This document shows, piece after piece, positions 50,750 to 64,000 of a DNA stretch of 64,000 bases. The notes under the pieces were generated by a model. That model had not been told where the DNA came from and searched no databases. It worked only from the letters and a program-made list of their open reading frames with translations. How positions within the stretch are numbered: position 1 is the stretch's first letter; each line of letters starts with the position of its first letter. The stretch is taken from positions 60,452,001 through 60,516,000 of the forward strand of contig NC_058368.1 in the NCBI RefSeq assembly GCF_018350175.1. Reading direction: 5' to 3'. Source of the stretch: Felis catus (taxonomy: Eukaryota). A program made the translations under genes and the position numbers.

Positions 50750-50782
50750 TTTAATGTTTATTTTATTTTGAGAGAGAGAGAA

Positions 50783-50824
<42 letters not shown>

Positions 50825-50984
50825 CAGGGGAGGAGCAGAGAAAGGGAGAGAGAGAATCCCAAGCAGGATCCAAGCTGTCAGCACAGAGCCAGACATGGGA
50901 CTTGATCCCATGAACCCTGAGATCATGGCCTGAGCCAAAATCAAGAGTTGGATGCTCAATTGACTGAACTACCCAGGTGCTCCA
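50750..50984 (-). mobile_element. CanSINE with (GA)n
   Basis: Reverse copy ending CTACCCAGGTGCTCC. Confidence 0.92.
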
Positions 50985-51129
50985 AAATAGTTAATTTTTA
51001 ATCCCAAATTTCTACATGAATGATCATCACCTATATGATTATTTCAAATATAGTTAACATAAGAATGTCAGGATAAATACTTGACTTTTCCCTTTAATTT
51101 AGAAAATGTATTTATTTGGGGGGGGGGGC

Positions 51130-51867
<738 letters not shown>

Positions 51868-51954
51868 TCTTTTGGGTATTAAAAAAATTTTAGACTATCT
51901 AGTTTGTGCTGCAAATAATCTCAAATATTGATGGATGGGTTAGTTGTTTTTAAA

Positions 51955-52171
51955 AAAATTTTTTTTTTCAACGTTTATTTACTTTTGGGACAGAGAGAGA
52001 CAGAGCATGAACGGGGGAGGGGCAAAGAGAGAGGGAGACACAGAATTGGAAACAGGCTCCAGGCTCCGAGCCATCAGCCCAGAGCCTGACGCGGGGCTCG
52101 AACTCACGGACCGCGAGATCGTGACCTGGCTGAAGTCGGACGCTTAACCGACTGCGCCACCCAGGTGCCCC
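51955..52171 (-). mobile_element. Young felid CanSINE
   Basis: Perfect 18-bp TSD GGGTTAGTTGTTTTTAAA (51937-51954 / 52172-52189); CpGs intact. Confidence 0.97.
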
Positions 52172-52677
52172 GGGTTAGTTGTTTTTAAACCATTTTTATT
52201 TTCTCTTGCATTTATACATATGTGAAGTGTTATAATTAATAATTATTGTTCTTTTTGGTTAAATTATACCATCTTAGGAAAGTAGGAGCTTCTTCCAATT
52301 GGCGTGTGCATCCTATGCATCCTTTATGCATCCTAAACCTTGAGGTTTTATATCTCTCTTGTCCTGGTGGCCCTAAAGGTGTCACAGCATCATCTTATAT
52401 ATTCCCTGCCCTACATTTAACCACCTGATTTTAACCACTATACATAGAGCACTACAGCACTAGTTGTTTGTTTGTTTTTTGGAAATGAGATTTAGAAACC
52501 ATAATTTGGGTAATGAGGGATGAGAAGGGTTCATTTACTGTTTTTTTTTTTTTCCCTAGATAGACACAGGTAAGATGTTTTAAAAGGAAAATTAATCACA
52601 GATGTATAGTGGTATTTCCATTTCAAATAGAAGGTTACAAAAACATTTCTTCATGTTTTTAGGACCAACAACAAGGT

Positions 52678-52761
52678 AAGTTATTTTAGATGACATCATG
52701 TTGTTGTCATTTTTGAGAAAGTAATAAGAAAGACAATAATTAAAGACAACAATGACAACTA
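52678..52761 (+). repeat. 84-bp dispersed direct repeat, putative donor copy
   Basis: AAGTTATTTT...TTGAGAAAGTAATAAGAAAGACAATAATTAAAGACAACAATGACAACTA matches 51233-51316. Confidence 0.93.
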
Positions 52762-54340
52762 AGTATTGTCTGCTTACTATGAACAACCAAGCCTACAGAT
52801 TTGAATTGTTTTTACTCTGAGTAATGAAACCAGTGAACAGTACTATATTACTATGCTAAGTCTAGATATTCCTTTGTTCAAGTCTAATTGTGCTCATATT
52901 ATTAAAGGAATATTAGAGAACAAATTGTTTTAAGATAACCTTAGCCAGTATTTGGTTACAACACCAGAAGATAAACATGTAAATACTTCAGTAATATATG
53001 CAAAGATTTTTACACTTTATATACATATAATGTGCTTTTAAAATTTTTTAAGCTACTGAATCCTCTGTTGAGATAAAAGTGTACATAAAATCTCAATGTG
53101 CAAATGAATGAATTCAGAATAACTCTAGTTGGGGAAGTTTTTAATGTAAATTCTGTTCCAATAAAGTTGCCTCGAGTTCTTCCACTCAGAGAATCATATT
53201 ACCAAAATCATTTTAAATAGAAAAATAAAATAAAAATTAATCCTTTGGTTTTGAAATTAGAATAACGGGTTTAACATGTCATTCTACTTTCTAGTTCTGC
53301 AAATCAGGAAAAAATTATTTAATCTATCAGTGATATGGCATCCTTATGTATAAATTTAGAATCTCAAAAAAAGAGCTTATTGTATTTTCATAATAAAAAT
53401 CATACCTTTGAGAATATTTTATATATTGTAAGTTACATACACATAAGTGTTGCAATTGTATACTAAATTTTTATTTTCATTGACTATATATCCTATTTTT
53501 AATTCTGAACCCACAAAATTATTAACCCTCCTTTTCTCTTCTTCAAAAGAAATCTTACAGGGTTGCCATATACACTCAGTTCCCAAGTGAATCTAAAACA
53601 ATTGTGAATACATAAGGCTTCGGTCTTTTAGGTAAAAATGTGAAGCTTTTTTGGTTAAGAATGTTCACTCTCGCCACTGACTAAATCATTCTATGTGAAT
53701 TATTATGTACTTAGATGCAGTACTGTACCTATTGATAATTTTAAGACCTAGGATATTTCACACATTCCTATACTCTCATAACATCTCTAAAATCTGTGCA
53801 GCAAGCAGCATATGCATAAGCTATTAAGAAAAATTTGACCCAGGAGATAATTTTATCCTCTAACATGATTTAAATCTTTGATAGTGGGTATTTTTACATG
53901 AGATGTTAGAAGCAATGAAACCTCTTTTAGGATAATTTCACTTACATGGCAATCTTACATTATAGACCTTGAAAAAGGCATTTTAGAGAGGTGCCCTTGT
54001 TAGTTTTGTTTTTAAGTATGTCAGTGATTGGATTAGATGTCTAAATGTTTGGTTCATGAATAACACATTTTGAGACAAGATACTGGTTGCTATTCACTGT
54101 TTTATGTCCACTGTCGTCCTTGCTGCTAGCACACATTGTTGAATAAAAAAAATGGAAATAAAATTATCCTGCTATAAATTTAGGAAGATTATTTTGGATG
54201 TTGCATTTTGGAAAGGTAAGAAGAATGAAGGTTTGCAGACTGAAAGCTCAATAATGATGAAAGACTCCAACTTCAGAGAATATTCAGCATGACTACATTA
54301 AAGTACAGATAATTGAAATTTTTATGAATAACACATTTTA

Positions 54341-54539
54341 ATTTTTTTAATGTGTATTTATTTTTGAGGGGGGCGAGAGCCAGAGAGAGAGGGAAACAGA
54401 ATCTGACGCAGGCTCCAGGCTCTGTCCAAGCTGTCAGCACAGAGCCCAATGGACTGATGTGGGGCTTCAACTCATGAACTGTGAGATCATGACCTGAGCC
54501 AAATCCAACGCTTAACCAACTGAGTCACCCAGGCGCTCC
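54341..54539 (-). mobile_element. CanSINE
   Basis: Reverse copy; flanking AATAACACATTTTA / AATAACACTTTTA. Confidence 0.92.
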
Positions 54540-56009
54540 TTATTAATAACACTTTTAACACTTGAACAACATATTATTATTGTATAATTATCTATTCCCC
54601 AAGAGGAAAAGGGGCATAGGATCTTTCAGTAATGAAGCTGGGATATTGTAAATGTAAATACAAGGAAGATGATATGAGAAGTCCGTCCTGACATTAGATG
54701 TCAGGTGTTATTCATCTCTGATAACATTTCTTAGAAGTCTCGTGCCTAACAAAATGCAGTTTGGTGATAGGTTATCATAATTCCATATTAAAGCTACTTT
54801 GTACATATCTACTTGCATAATGCATTATTATTGTTACAAATATTTTGGAAGATAGTTAGCAAGGCAAAAACTGGTGTAGTGATCAGTATAATAAAAACAA
54901 ATAAATACTTAACCTGGAATCAACAGAGTCATTTACTTTTGAAACAAACAAAACTTTATTTTCACATTTACTTGCAAAGCTCAGGTTTTGTTTTTCTTTG
55001 TCAATTATTAGATTTGTTAGGAAGCCATCCACCCTTATAAACACATGTTAAAAACCTATTTGATAAATACCATAGAATATTTCTGGTAAGAATATAACAG
55101 TGGCAAAAATAATAAAAAAGTGAGAAATATTATTAAACTTACAATAATGTATTATAGTCTTTCTATTGACAGAGGCTGATGCTAGGTGAACCTTAGGGGA
55201 ATAGTGAGTGATCACAAGGTCTGTAAGAAAAAGTATGTGAACTCAAAGGGGGAAGGCACCTGAAAAATAGGAAACTTCTTCTTTACCAGATAAATAGCTT
55301 GTACCTGGAAGGAGGAAAATAAAGTAGCTTGGTTTCTAAGGGCAACTCTAAATGCTATTTCTTCAAGCATGACATTGTATTGGAAGATTCATGTCTGTGC
55401 CTCTGCTATTTATCTATCTGCAAGTGATTAAGAAGATGCTATTTTAAGTCAGGTGTCCACACAACTGTCAGTAATCATGAGTTGTGGAGCAGAGAGCATA
55501 GGCACATGGGCTTAAATTCTACACCTTCTGTGAAGCCCAAGGCACGAAAGTGAAAGACAGCGAAGACTAGGAACAAGAAGAAATGTGGGCTTCTTATCAA
55601 GCCGAATGTCGCTCTTGTCAAGTAAGGCTGACATTTGCTAGAATGTAATAGGATGCCCATCTGTTTTGGTCAAAACACAATTGCTGTCCACTGGAAAATT
55701 ACCTGAGATTAACTTGACATATTTGTTGTCTTGCAGCTCTTTACCCATTACCTTATATAAGGTTTGCAAAATACATTATGGATATAACAATAAATCAGGT
55801 TAAAGTTATAGTAAAACATGTTATAAAGATGTCTCAAATCTGTTTGGTATTACTATGACTGCTAAAATTTTGTAATGTTTGGCTCGACACTATTTCAAAT
55901 GATATTTCCAATTTATATTAGACAATATCTCATGGCATGTAAACATTTATAACTATAATTTTATTTTTCTAGCTTAGAGATACAACTGGCAAATAAAAAT
56001 GCAACTTAA

Positions 56010-56365
56010 TGTGAACGATGCAATGTTTTGATAAAGGTATACATTGTGAAATGGTCACCACGAACTAGCCAATTAACATGTTCATCACCTTGCACAGTTA
56101 TTAGTTTTAGTTTTTGTAGTGAGAACACTTCAGGTCTACTTTCTTAGAAAATTTCAAGTGTATAGTAGAGTGTAAATTAACTATTGTCATCATGCTGTAC
56201 ATTAGATCCAACAACTTATTCATTCTGCGTAACTGAAACTTTGTACCCTTTAACCAACCATCTCTTCATTCCCTGATATCCCAGCTTCCAGAAACCACCA
56301 TTCTACCTCTGCTTTTATGAATTCCACTCTTTTAGGTTCCACACATAAATGAGATCATGCTATAA
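56010..56365 (-). mobile_element. L1MA-like 3' end fragment
   Basis: ATACATTGTGAAATG...GTGAGAACACTT...CATGCTGTACATTAGATC...AACTGAAACTTTGTACCCTTT...AAACCACCATTCTAC. Confidence 0.85.
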
Positions 56366-57349
56366 TTGAAAATCATAAGCACTTAATGTTGTCATTCTCA
56401 TGGAAGTTGTGATGTTGATCTATGCTAAAGGAAAAGAACTACCAGTTCCATTTTTCTAATGAAATCATGGTCATTATAGAATGTCCCATTATAACCTTGG
56501 CATCTGGTATTTTCTATTTGTACAAAAGGTCTTGAGGTTACACAATAGAATGATAGTTGCCTGTAGACTATGCTTCCCATTTTACCACTAGGATGTGCAT
56601 TAATATGAAAGCAGGGCCTCCTTTCATCCGTATTTCCCATGCACCATACCAGTCAATGCTCTTAGACAGGGTATTTTCATGTATAGTGCCTCAGCCTCAT
56701 TGACCATAATGCAGATATTAAAATTCACAAAAATAACTCCTTATCCACTATAATCTGAAACACAATTCTGAAGTTTTAGTATAAAAAAGATATAAAGACT
56801 GTGGAAAGGGAATTATCCAGATAGAGAATAAAGCTTAGACATAGTCTGTATGTAACATAAATAAACTTAACATCAAAGCTATCACTCTGCTTTGCACCTG
56901 CAGACAGATAAGTCACCAGCATGCTGCTGAGCACAGGTGTTATGTGCTGAATTCATCTGAGACCCCTAAACAGAATAAACTGCTATATTTACTTCTTCAT
57001 GATGCTTCTAAGTGGATCTTTATGAAGCTCTAGACAGAGTGAGAAGTTTTCTGCATCCCTAAAAATAGTTAGGTTCAAATCCAGTCCATTGTTTATGCCA
57101 ATGAGATACAAAAAAAAAAGTCTATGGTTATCACTTGCCGCATCAAAATCAATGGATCTGTCCCCAGAAAGCAGACGCAAGAACTGTATTGTATAATAAT
57201 GTTCTGTACTTACTAGCAAAAGTGTAACTACTATCTGGTCACAGGGAGACATGATGAATTGATTTTTTTTAACAAGCTCAGCTGGCAATACCAAGCCTTG
57301 AACAATGAAACAAATACCTGTACTTATGTCAAAGCAAGGGCTTGGAGGC

Positions 57350-57490
57350 GTAATTTTAAAAGGTGTGACTTCTCAGGAACCACACTCAGATTCTTAATCA
57401 GTAGGCTTGTTTGGGATCCAGAAGTCTGAATTACTGACACCCCTAGATCCCCAGGTGTTTTGGATGCAGTCTGTAGGATTATAGACTGAA
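57350..57490. mobile_element. MER5-like hAT-Charlie fragment
   Basis: CTCAGATTCTTAATCAGTAGGCTTG...CCCCAGGTGTTTTGGATGCAG. Confidence 0.55.
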
Positions 57491-57494
57491 CTTT

Positions 57495-58224
57495 TTATTA
57501 CAAGTCAGGTTTACTGAGCTGTTATAGGCCTAAATAAGAATCATCATCTTTAAGAGCACAGTTTTAAGAATTTGTCAGCACCAACATTAACAATATATAA
57601 ATAGGTTCATAGCCCCAAAACTTTCCTCCTGCCTCCTTGCACCCAATACCTCTTGCTGCCCCAAAATATCTACAAGCACTCATTTGTTGTCTGTCTCCAC
57701 AATTCTTCCTTTACCAGAAAGTCACATAAAGAGTCACAGTATATGCATATTTAGTGTTCATTCACCAGTGCTAAGCTATTGGGAGTCATCACGTTGTTGC
57801 ATGTGTCAGTAATTTCTTTATTCCTTTTGGTTACAGAGTAATATTTCACTTTATGAGTAGGCCACGATTTCTTAATTCATTCACAAGCATGTGCACATTT
57901 CAGTTCATTTCACAATTATAGTTAGAGCTGCTATGAATATTAGCAAGGAGGTCTTTGCATGGACTTGTGTTTTCACTTCTTTTGAAATTGCTGGGCCCTA
58001 CAGTGGTCATATGGTGTGTTTCATCTTACAAAAAAGCGCCAAGTTGCTTTCCAAAGTGGCTGGGCCAGTTTGCATTTCCACCAGCAATATATGATAAATC
58101 AATTTTCACTACACTCTTGACAGAACATGTTATTATTGGCCATTTTGATTTTAGCCACTCCAGTGAAAAGGCAAGAATATCTCATTTGGTCAAATGATTT
58201 TTCTGTATCTATTAAGTTTGTCTT

Positions 58225-58263
<39 letters not shown>

Positions 58264-59605
58264 TGCTTTTAGTCAGTTTATATGGCTCATTACATTGATT
58301 ATTTTTTAAAATATTGAACCAACCTTGCAGTTTTGGGAACAACTTGTTTATAATCTATTATCCTTTTATTTTGCTTGATTTTATTTGCTAATATTTTGTT
58401 ATTCAATCCCAGTTTATGTAGGATATTATTGTGCAGTCACCTTCTTCTTCTACTGTCTTTAGTTTTGCAACCAGGGTAATGCTGGCCTCATAGAATGACT
58501 GTGACATGTTCCCTTTTCTGTTTTCTGTAAAGTTTATGCATAATTGGTATTATTTATTTCTTGAGTATTTAATAAAATGCAACATTAAAATATCTGAGTG
58601 TGGTTTCTCTATGGGATTTTAACCAAAAATTCAACTTATTTTATAGGTATATAGCTTACCTGGTAATCTAGTTCTCTTTGTGAGAGTTTTTATCATTTTA
58701 TATTTTTATCTAAGTTGTTGAATATATTGATATAAAGATGTTCATAATAGTCGTCTATTACCTTTTTTAAAGTGTGTGGAATCTATAATGACATTCCTGA
58801 TAGTGGTAATTTGTGTCCTCAATTTAATCCCTCATCAATCTGGCTCGAGCTTTATTAATTTATTATTCTTCATTAAAGGAAATTTTGATCCAAATTAATT
58901 TATTCTATTATTTTCTTACTTATATTTCATTTATATTTTTAAATAAATGTCTTATAATAGTTTTACATTTAAAGAAATATTTAAAGATTCAGATTCCAGT
59001 ATTATCTTACATTACTATGGTACATTTATCACAATAAATGAACAAACACTGATACATTACTATTAACTAAGGTTCATACTGCATTCTGATTTCCTAAGTT
59101 TTATGTAAGGGCCTTTTTTTCTGGCCTGGAACCCCTCCTAGGATATCACATTATACTTAGTCATCATGTCTCCTTAGCTCTTAGCTGTGACAGTTTCTTA
59201 CACTTGCCTTGTTTTTGATGACCTTTTCAGTTTTGAAGAGTAGTTCTCAGGTATTTTACATGATTTCCTCAATTGGGATTTTTCTGATGATTCTCCTCAT
59301 GATTAGACTGGAGTTATGGGTTTGGGGGAGGAAGTTCACTGAGGTTTATTGACATTTCATCACATCATGCAAGGGTGCATACTGTCAACTTTACTTATCA
59401 CTATTGATGTTGACCTTGATCACCTAGCTGAGGTGGTGTTTGTCAATTTCCTCAGTTGTACAGTTCATCTCTATCCCAACCCCATACCCTACTGTCTTCT
59501 TTGGAAGGAAGTCACTATGTGCAGCCCACATACAAGGAGTGGAAAGTTATCCTTTACCTCCCTGAGGGTTTCACATGATATTTACATAAATTATTTGGAA
59601 CTTGT
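57495..59605 (-). mobile_element. Cluster of old L1M fragments (L1MB/L1MC-like)
   Basis: TTTGCATTTCCACCAGCAAT, TTTTGATTTTAGCCA, AGGGTAATGCTGGCCTCATAGAATGA, GATACATTACTATTAACTAA, TGACCTTGATCACCTAGCTGAGGT motifs; continues briefly after 60030. Confidence 0.75.
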
Positions 59606-59609
59606 TCCG

Positions 59610-60025
59610 GGTTGAATAGTGTACCCTCGCAGCTAATGTCTTTTTCAGAACCTCAGAATATGGCCTGGTCAGAAATAAGGCAATTCCAAATATAATTCGT
59701 TAAGATGAGGCCATACTAGAGTTGGCCCTTAATCCAATATTACTGGTGCCTTTACAAGAAGAAAAGGGACACAGAGACAGAGACACACAGAGGGAAGAAG
59801 GAAAACTGATGATGGAGGCAGGGGTTGGAGGGATGCCAGGATTGCTGGCAACCACCAGAAAGTAGGAAAAGACAAGGACAACTCCACCCCTACACTCTTG
59901 ATAGAGAGGTGCTCCTTCCAACAACTTAATTTCAGACCTCTAACCTTTACAACTGTGAGAGGATAAATTTGTGTTGTTTTAAGCCATCCAGTTCATGGTG
60001 CTTTGTTACAGAAGCCCTAGAAAGT
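59610..60025 (+). mobile_element. MaLR solo LTR (MLT1B/C-like) nested in L1MC
   Basis: GGGTTGAATAGTGTACCC...GGATTGCTGGCAACCACCAGAA...AACTGTGAGAGGATAAATTTGTGTTGTTTTAAGCCA...TTTGTTACAGAAGCCCTAGAAA. Confidence 0.88.
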
Positions 60026-62144
60026 TACTACTGAGTTCCTAAGCATGGGAAATTGGTCTCTTCTCCCATATATATGTATTTATTCAATCATACATTTTTA
60101 AATGCCCCCCCCCCAAATAGTACAGTGGTCACGAGGTTTTCTAGGGACTGAGGGTGAGAAGTTTGATGGTAAAAAAAAAAAAATTCTGCCCTTCTCCTGG
60201 TGGCAGATAGTTTTTGTTTATACAGAAGAGTCCAATAATGTGCAACTATGCTTCAGAAGTCAATTGCTATTTATACACATGTATCACTGAGGAAAACTAT
60301 GTCAGGTCTTCTTCCCTGAACTCACACTTTCTCTAGTGCATCCGGAGGAAGCCAGTGGAAAGAGGTGACAGGTGGTCAGAGACCCTACTGTGTCTGTAGT
60401 TAGAGCGGATTCTAAAACTTTACACTAGCCCATATTTGGCCTTTAATCTTTTGGGTTTTGTTTTATTTTGTTTTAACTTTAGTTTTCTTCTTCCCCACTT
60501 TTATGGTTGCCATCCACACTCTTCCAAAGGGAAAATATATCTGTGCATCCTATCTCTCCTAGAAGGGACTTGTCAATCTTTAGGTTATGATTTTGTAGAT
60601 TATCTGGCTTTTTCTCATTGTTAGGATGCGGTTGATACTATCTTGTGACTTTTAAGGTCCTAAGCGTATGTGGAATCTCATGCGGAAAGAACTCTAACAA
60701 GAGTACTTTTCTTAAAGAGCCGAAGGGATTGAACGTGTTGAAAGAAGCCATACAGTTGCAGTTCTGACACCGGTTGATTTATGAAAACTCAAGGTGCCTT
60801 CCTAACTTTAGATGTCTTGTTCCCTATCTTAGAAGGACAGTGGGGCAACTCAGGAGCCAATATATATGTTCACATAATTTATAATATTAAATCATCGGTT
60901 TCAGAAAGAGTGGATCTGCTGAATTGTCCTGGTAGACCAGCTCTGGGAACTGAGGGATCAAGATTTCACATGAAAGTAAATTGGGGAAATAAGCTGAAAA
61001 TCACTTTGGAAACATCTATTTTCCTCAGGTAAAAAGAGGAGCAATGAGAATCATATATCTGTGTGTATCTTAAATTATAAGTAAGTCCAAAATATATGTA
61101 GATTAAAAAAGATTTTGATAAGGAAGGGCTTCCTAATACATTCGTCTTTTTCTAATCTACCTTCACTATGGATGTTTACTATAATAGTTTCAGTCTCTTT
61201 ATTCTCCATAGGGACTTTCAAATAACTTACACATATATATTAATTTTTAAGAAGAAAGCAACACTGAGATGCTTATGGAGATTTAAAGAAAACTTTCCTA
61301 AAGTTAAAAAGTGAAGATGCCTATCATTTATGAACAAAGTACCCTCTAGGCCCTACTGCTGACTGGAGATGAAATATTTCACACAAGGCATGACCAGAAT
61401 GCTCCTGAGAACTATACGACTTTGGCATTCTTGTGCACATATACCCAGTGGTGTTGAAAGTGTTTAGGCAATGGAAAAAATAAATAAATGCATATCCAAT
61501 TTTTTACTCTCTCAACAGACTGATAAAACAAAAACTTAGTTGAGCTCAAAGTAATGAAATGAAATTGAGCCAAGAAGAATTTAAGCTCCACATAAAGGGG
61601 GAAAGATAGTAGACAGATTTATTAAAGTAGGCAATAGTCTCCCCAGGAGGGTATTAAAGGCTTGACTCAAATCATTTAAAAAGGGCCTGGGGACATACAC
61701 ACACATACACATGACAGTAAGAGACATGCAAGAAGGACTTATGTGCACGGACTGGCAAACCAGCTAAATGGTTACTTAGCTCCAATATTGTTGAAGAGCC
61801 ACCATCATTAAAAAAATTTCATAGTAAGTATATTTACAAAACAAATGAGAGGATTAGAGAGTTAAAACTATAGAAGATGCGAAGAAAAATTGAATTCATT
61901 TATATATAGGATTGAAAAGGGAATGCGCTTTTTATACCAGAGCACATAAGCCATATGTCATCATGAAAAAGGATGATAAAGTTCACCAATTTAAATTTTA
62001 ATTATTCTTAGCAGCTGATATCCACAACAACAAGAAGTAATCAGATACTGAATATTTTCTAAATACTAGTTTGTTGATCCTGCCTCACAACTAAATAAAG
62101 TACATGGTTCAATTATCCACATTACATAGAGGTAGAAAGGCTTT

Positions 62145-62378
62145 GGGGCGCCTCAGTGGCTCAGTCAGTTGGGTGTCTGGCTTCGGCTTAGGTCATGATC
62201 TCACGGTTCGTGAGTTCAAGCCCCACGTCAGGCTCTGTGCTAACAGCTCAGAGCCTGGAGCCTGCTTTGGATTCTGTGTTTCCCTCTCTCCTTCTGCCCT
62301 TCCCCTGCTCATGCTCTGTCTCTCTCTGTCTCAAAATAAATTAAAAAAAAAAACATTAAAAAAAAAGAAAAAAAAAAG
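62145..62378 (+). mobile_element. CanSINE
   Basis: GGGGCGCCTCAGTGGCTCAGTCAGTT head, CT tract, A tail. Confidence 0.94.
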
Positions 62379-62469
62379 ACTGTTAGATATATTGGGATGT
62401 CCGTGTTCACACAGCCATTAAGTATTTATGCAGTGTAACAATATCAAAACCTAGGACTAGGTATCCTAA

Positions 62470-62640
62470 ATAAGTGCTTTTTTGGAATTTAATATACATT
62501 TAGATGAACCAGGATCTTGTTAAAATACAAATTATGATTCAGTATGTCAGGGTTGGGGCTCAGGAGTCTGTAGTCCTAATAAGACCCCAGGTGATACTAA
62601 TACTGCCCATCCGATAACCACACTATCACTAATAAGGCTA
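62470..62640. mobile_element. MER5-like hAT-Charlie fragment
   Basis: GGATCTTGTTAAAATACAAATTATGATTCAGTATGTCAGGGTTGGGGCTCAGGAGTCTG...CCCAGGTGATACTAAT. Confidence 0.75.
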
Positions 62641-63484
62641 CAGAGTATGACTTTTTACTACTGAAGTATACTCCCTCACATGTGCATATCAACCAAATCA
62701 ATCATAGGTAAAATACAAGTAATTATGGAATGACGAGATTCTAACATATGTTTAAGTATGATGGGTGGGGAGGCTGGGATCAGAAATTCCATTTAGGATA
62801 ATAGAAGTTTAAATTGATAAAAAATGATTTTGGAGACACTATGGCACAGGCTTCCAAAATTGTAAATGCAAAAATGCAAAACTTTTTTGTATCCAGTTGT
62901 GTGTCCATACATTTATCATAGAAATAGATTCTTGAATGTGCTTAAACATATTTATAAAGTGTTCATTGCAGCATTACTTGTAACAGCCCCCAAAGTGGAA
63001 TTCTCCAAAGTATTTGACAGTAGGAGATAGGTTAAATAAAATCAAATAAATCTTTCCAATGAAAAATTGGGCAGCATTCAAAAAGAAGGCATATTTCAAA
63101 ATGACCTTTTTGGAAAAGAACTCCATTTGTTTCAGTGTAGGTAGGGATTGTCTGTTTGATTCATGTCTGCAACATCCATACAGGTGAAGCATGCCTTTTA
63201 CGCAGCAGGTGCTCACAACTCAATACTTTTTTTGTTGTCTGAATGAAAGGATGACTTCCAAGATATTCTATGGAATGAAAAATATTATTTACAGGGCTTT
63301 CAGGGGGGATATTATAAATTTTGGGTAGAGGTAAAATTGTATTTTTTTTATACTGAATTCTATTATTTGGCTACTTAATGTCATCTTTGCTATTATATGG
63401 AAAATAAAATTAATTAAAATATACAGAAAGGAGAATCAACAATATCAAGAAGTTAGTATGTTAGTCCTCAGATCCCAATGTCTC

Positions 63485-63648
63485 TCTTTATTGTGGTCAA
63501 AAGCAAATAACATAAAAGTTACCATCTCGCCTATTTTTAAACGTACAGTTCTATAGGGTTAAATATTTTCACACTGTCATGAAAGAGAAACCAGATTTTT
63601 TTTTTAATCCTGCAAATTGAAAACTCTATACTCATTAAATAACAACCA
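63485..63648 (-). mobile_element. L1MB-like 3' end fragment
   Basis: TTATTGTGGTCAAAA...TAACATAAAAGTTACCATCT...AAACTCTATACTCATTAAATAACAAC. Confidence 0.75.
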
Positions 63649-63917
63649 TAGTCATAAAGGAAGAGCTTCAAGCCACTGTGTTAGGTCAAAGATCAATTTC
63701 CTTCCAAACTTCTTCCACATATTTTATCATGCATTTAAGTTGGTGTGGCCAAAATTAGCCTCAAGTCTTCCCTTTTATCATTTTTGAAGACATCTACTTT
63801 GTTTAATGCTGTTCCTCAAAATATGGGTATAACCAAAGTGAATTAAATGCTATAAAACTGATTTACACCACTATCTAGTTCTGCTTATAAATTCTATCAT
63901 ATAAAGTATTCCACAGA

Positions 63918-64000
63918 GGGGAGGAGCCAAGATAGCGGAACAGCATGGTAGTTTTTTGTGTGTTGAGCATCCATGAAATACCGCCAGAACAACACTAAAC
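63918..64000 (+). mobile_element. 5' start of a second felid L1 (runs off window)
   Basis: GGGGAGGAGCCAAGATAGCGGAACAGCATGG...CATCCATGAAATAC...AACACTAAAC closely matches 31439-31523. Confidence 0.92.

Noticed and set aside
60905..61028. Possible exon TTTCAG|...CTCAG|GTAAAA with an open frame
   Set aside because: Weak polypyrimidine tract, unrecognised peptide and no partner exons; cannot be supported without RNA data.

Overview
Repeat-rich, AT-rich mammalian DNA, almost certainly from a felid, judged from the many cat-type CanSINEs and felid-type LINE-1. I find no intact protein-coding gene, RNA gene or convincing exon. Recognisable contents: about 25 CanSINEs (several young and nested); one full-length but inactivated L1 (about 31439-38923) and the 5' start of a second at the window edge; processed pseudogenes of SMARCE1/BAF57 (26078-27667) and RPL12 (51130-51867), both on the minus strand; a decayed ERV-L internal region with gag, RT, integrase, dUTPase and a 3' LTR (3440-9172); MaLR and ERV1 solo LTRs; a Tigger2-type transposon; old L1M, L2, MIR and MER5 fragments; and microsatellites. 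Two observations stand out. First, a very degenerate LTR-retroelement fossil at about 19480-23400 keeps zinc-knuckle, protease, RT, RNase H and integrase motifs in the correct order. Second, a ~90-bp insertion in the RPL12 retrocopy is a copy of unique DNA 1445 bp away. I see no evidence of a new functional biological system. Repeat family names come from recalled consensus sequences, not a search, and boundaries of old repeats are approximate.
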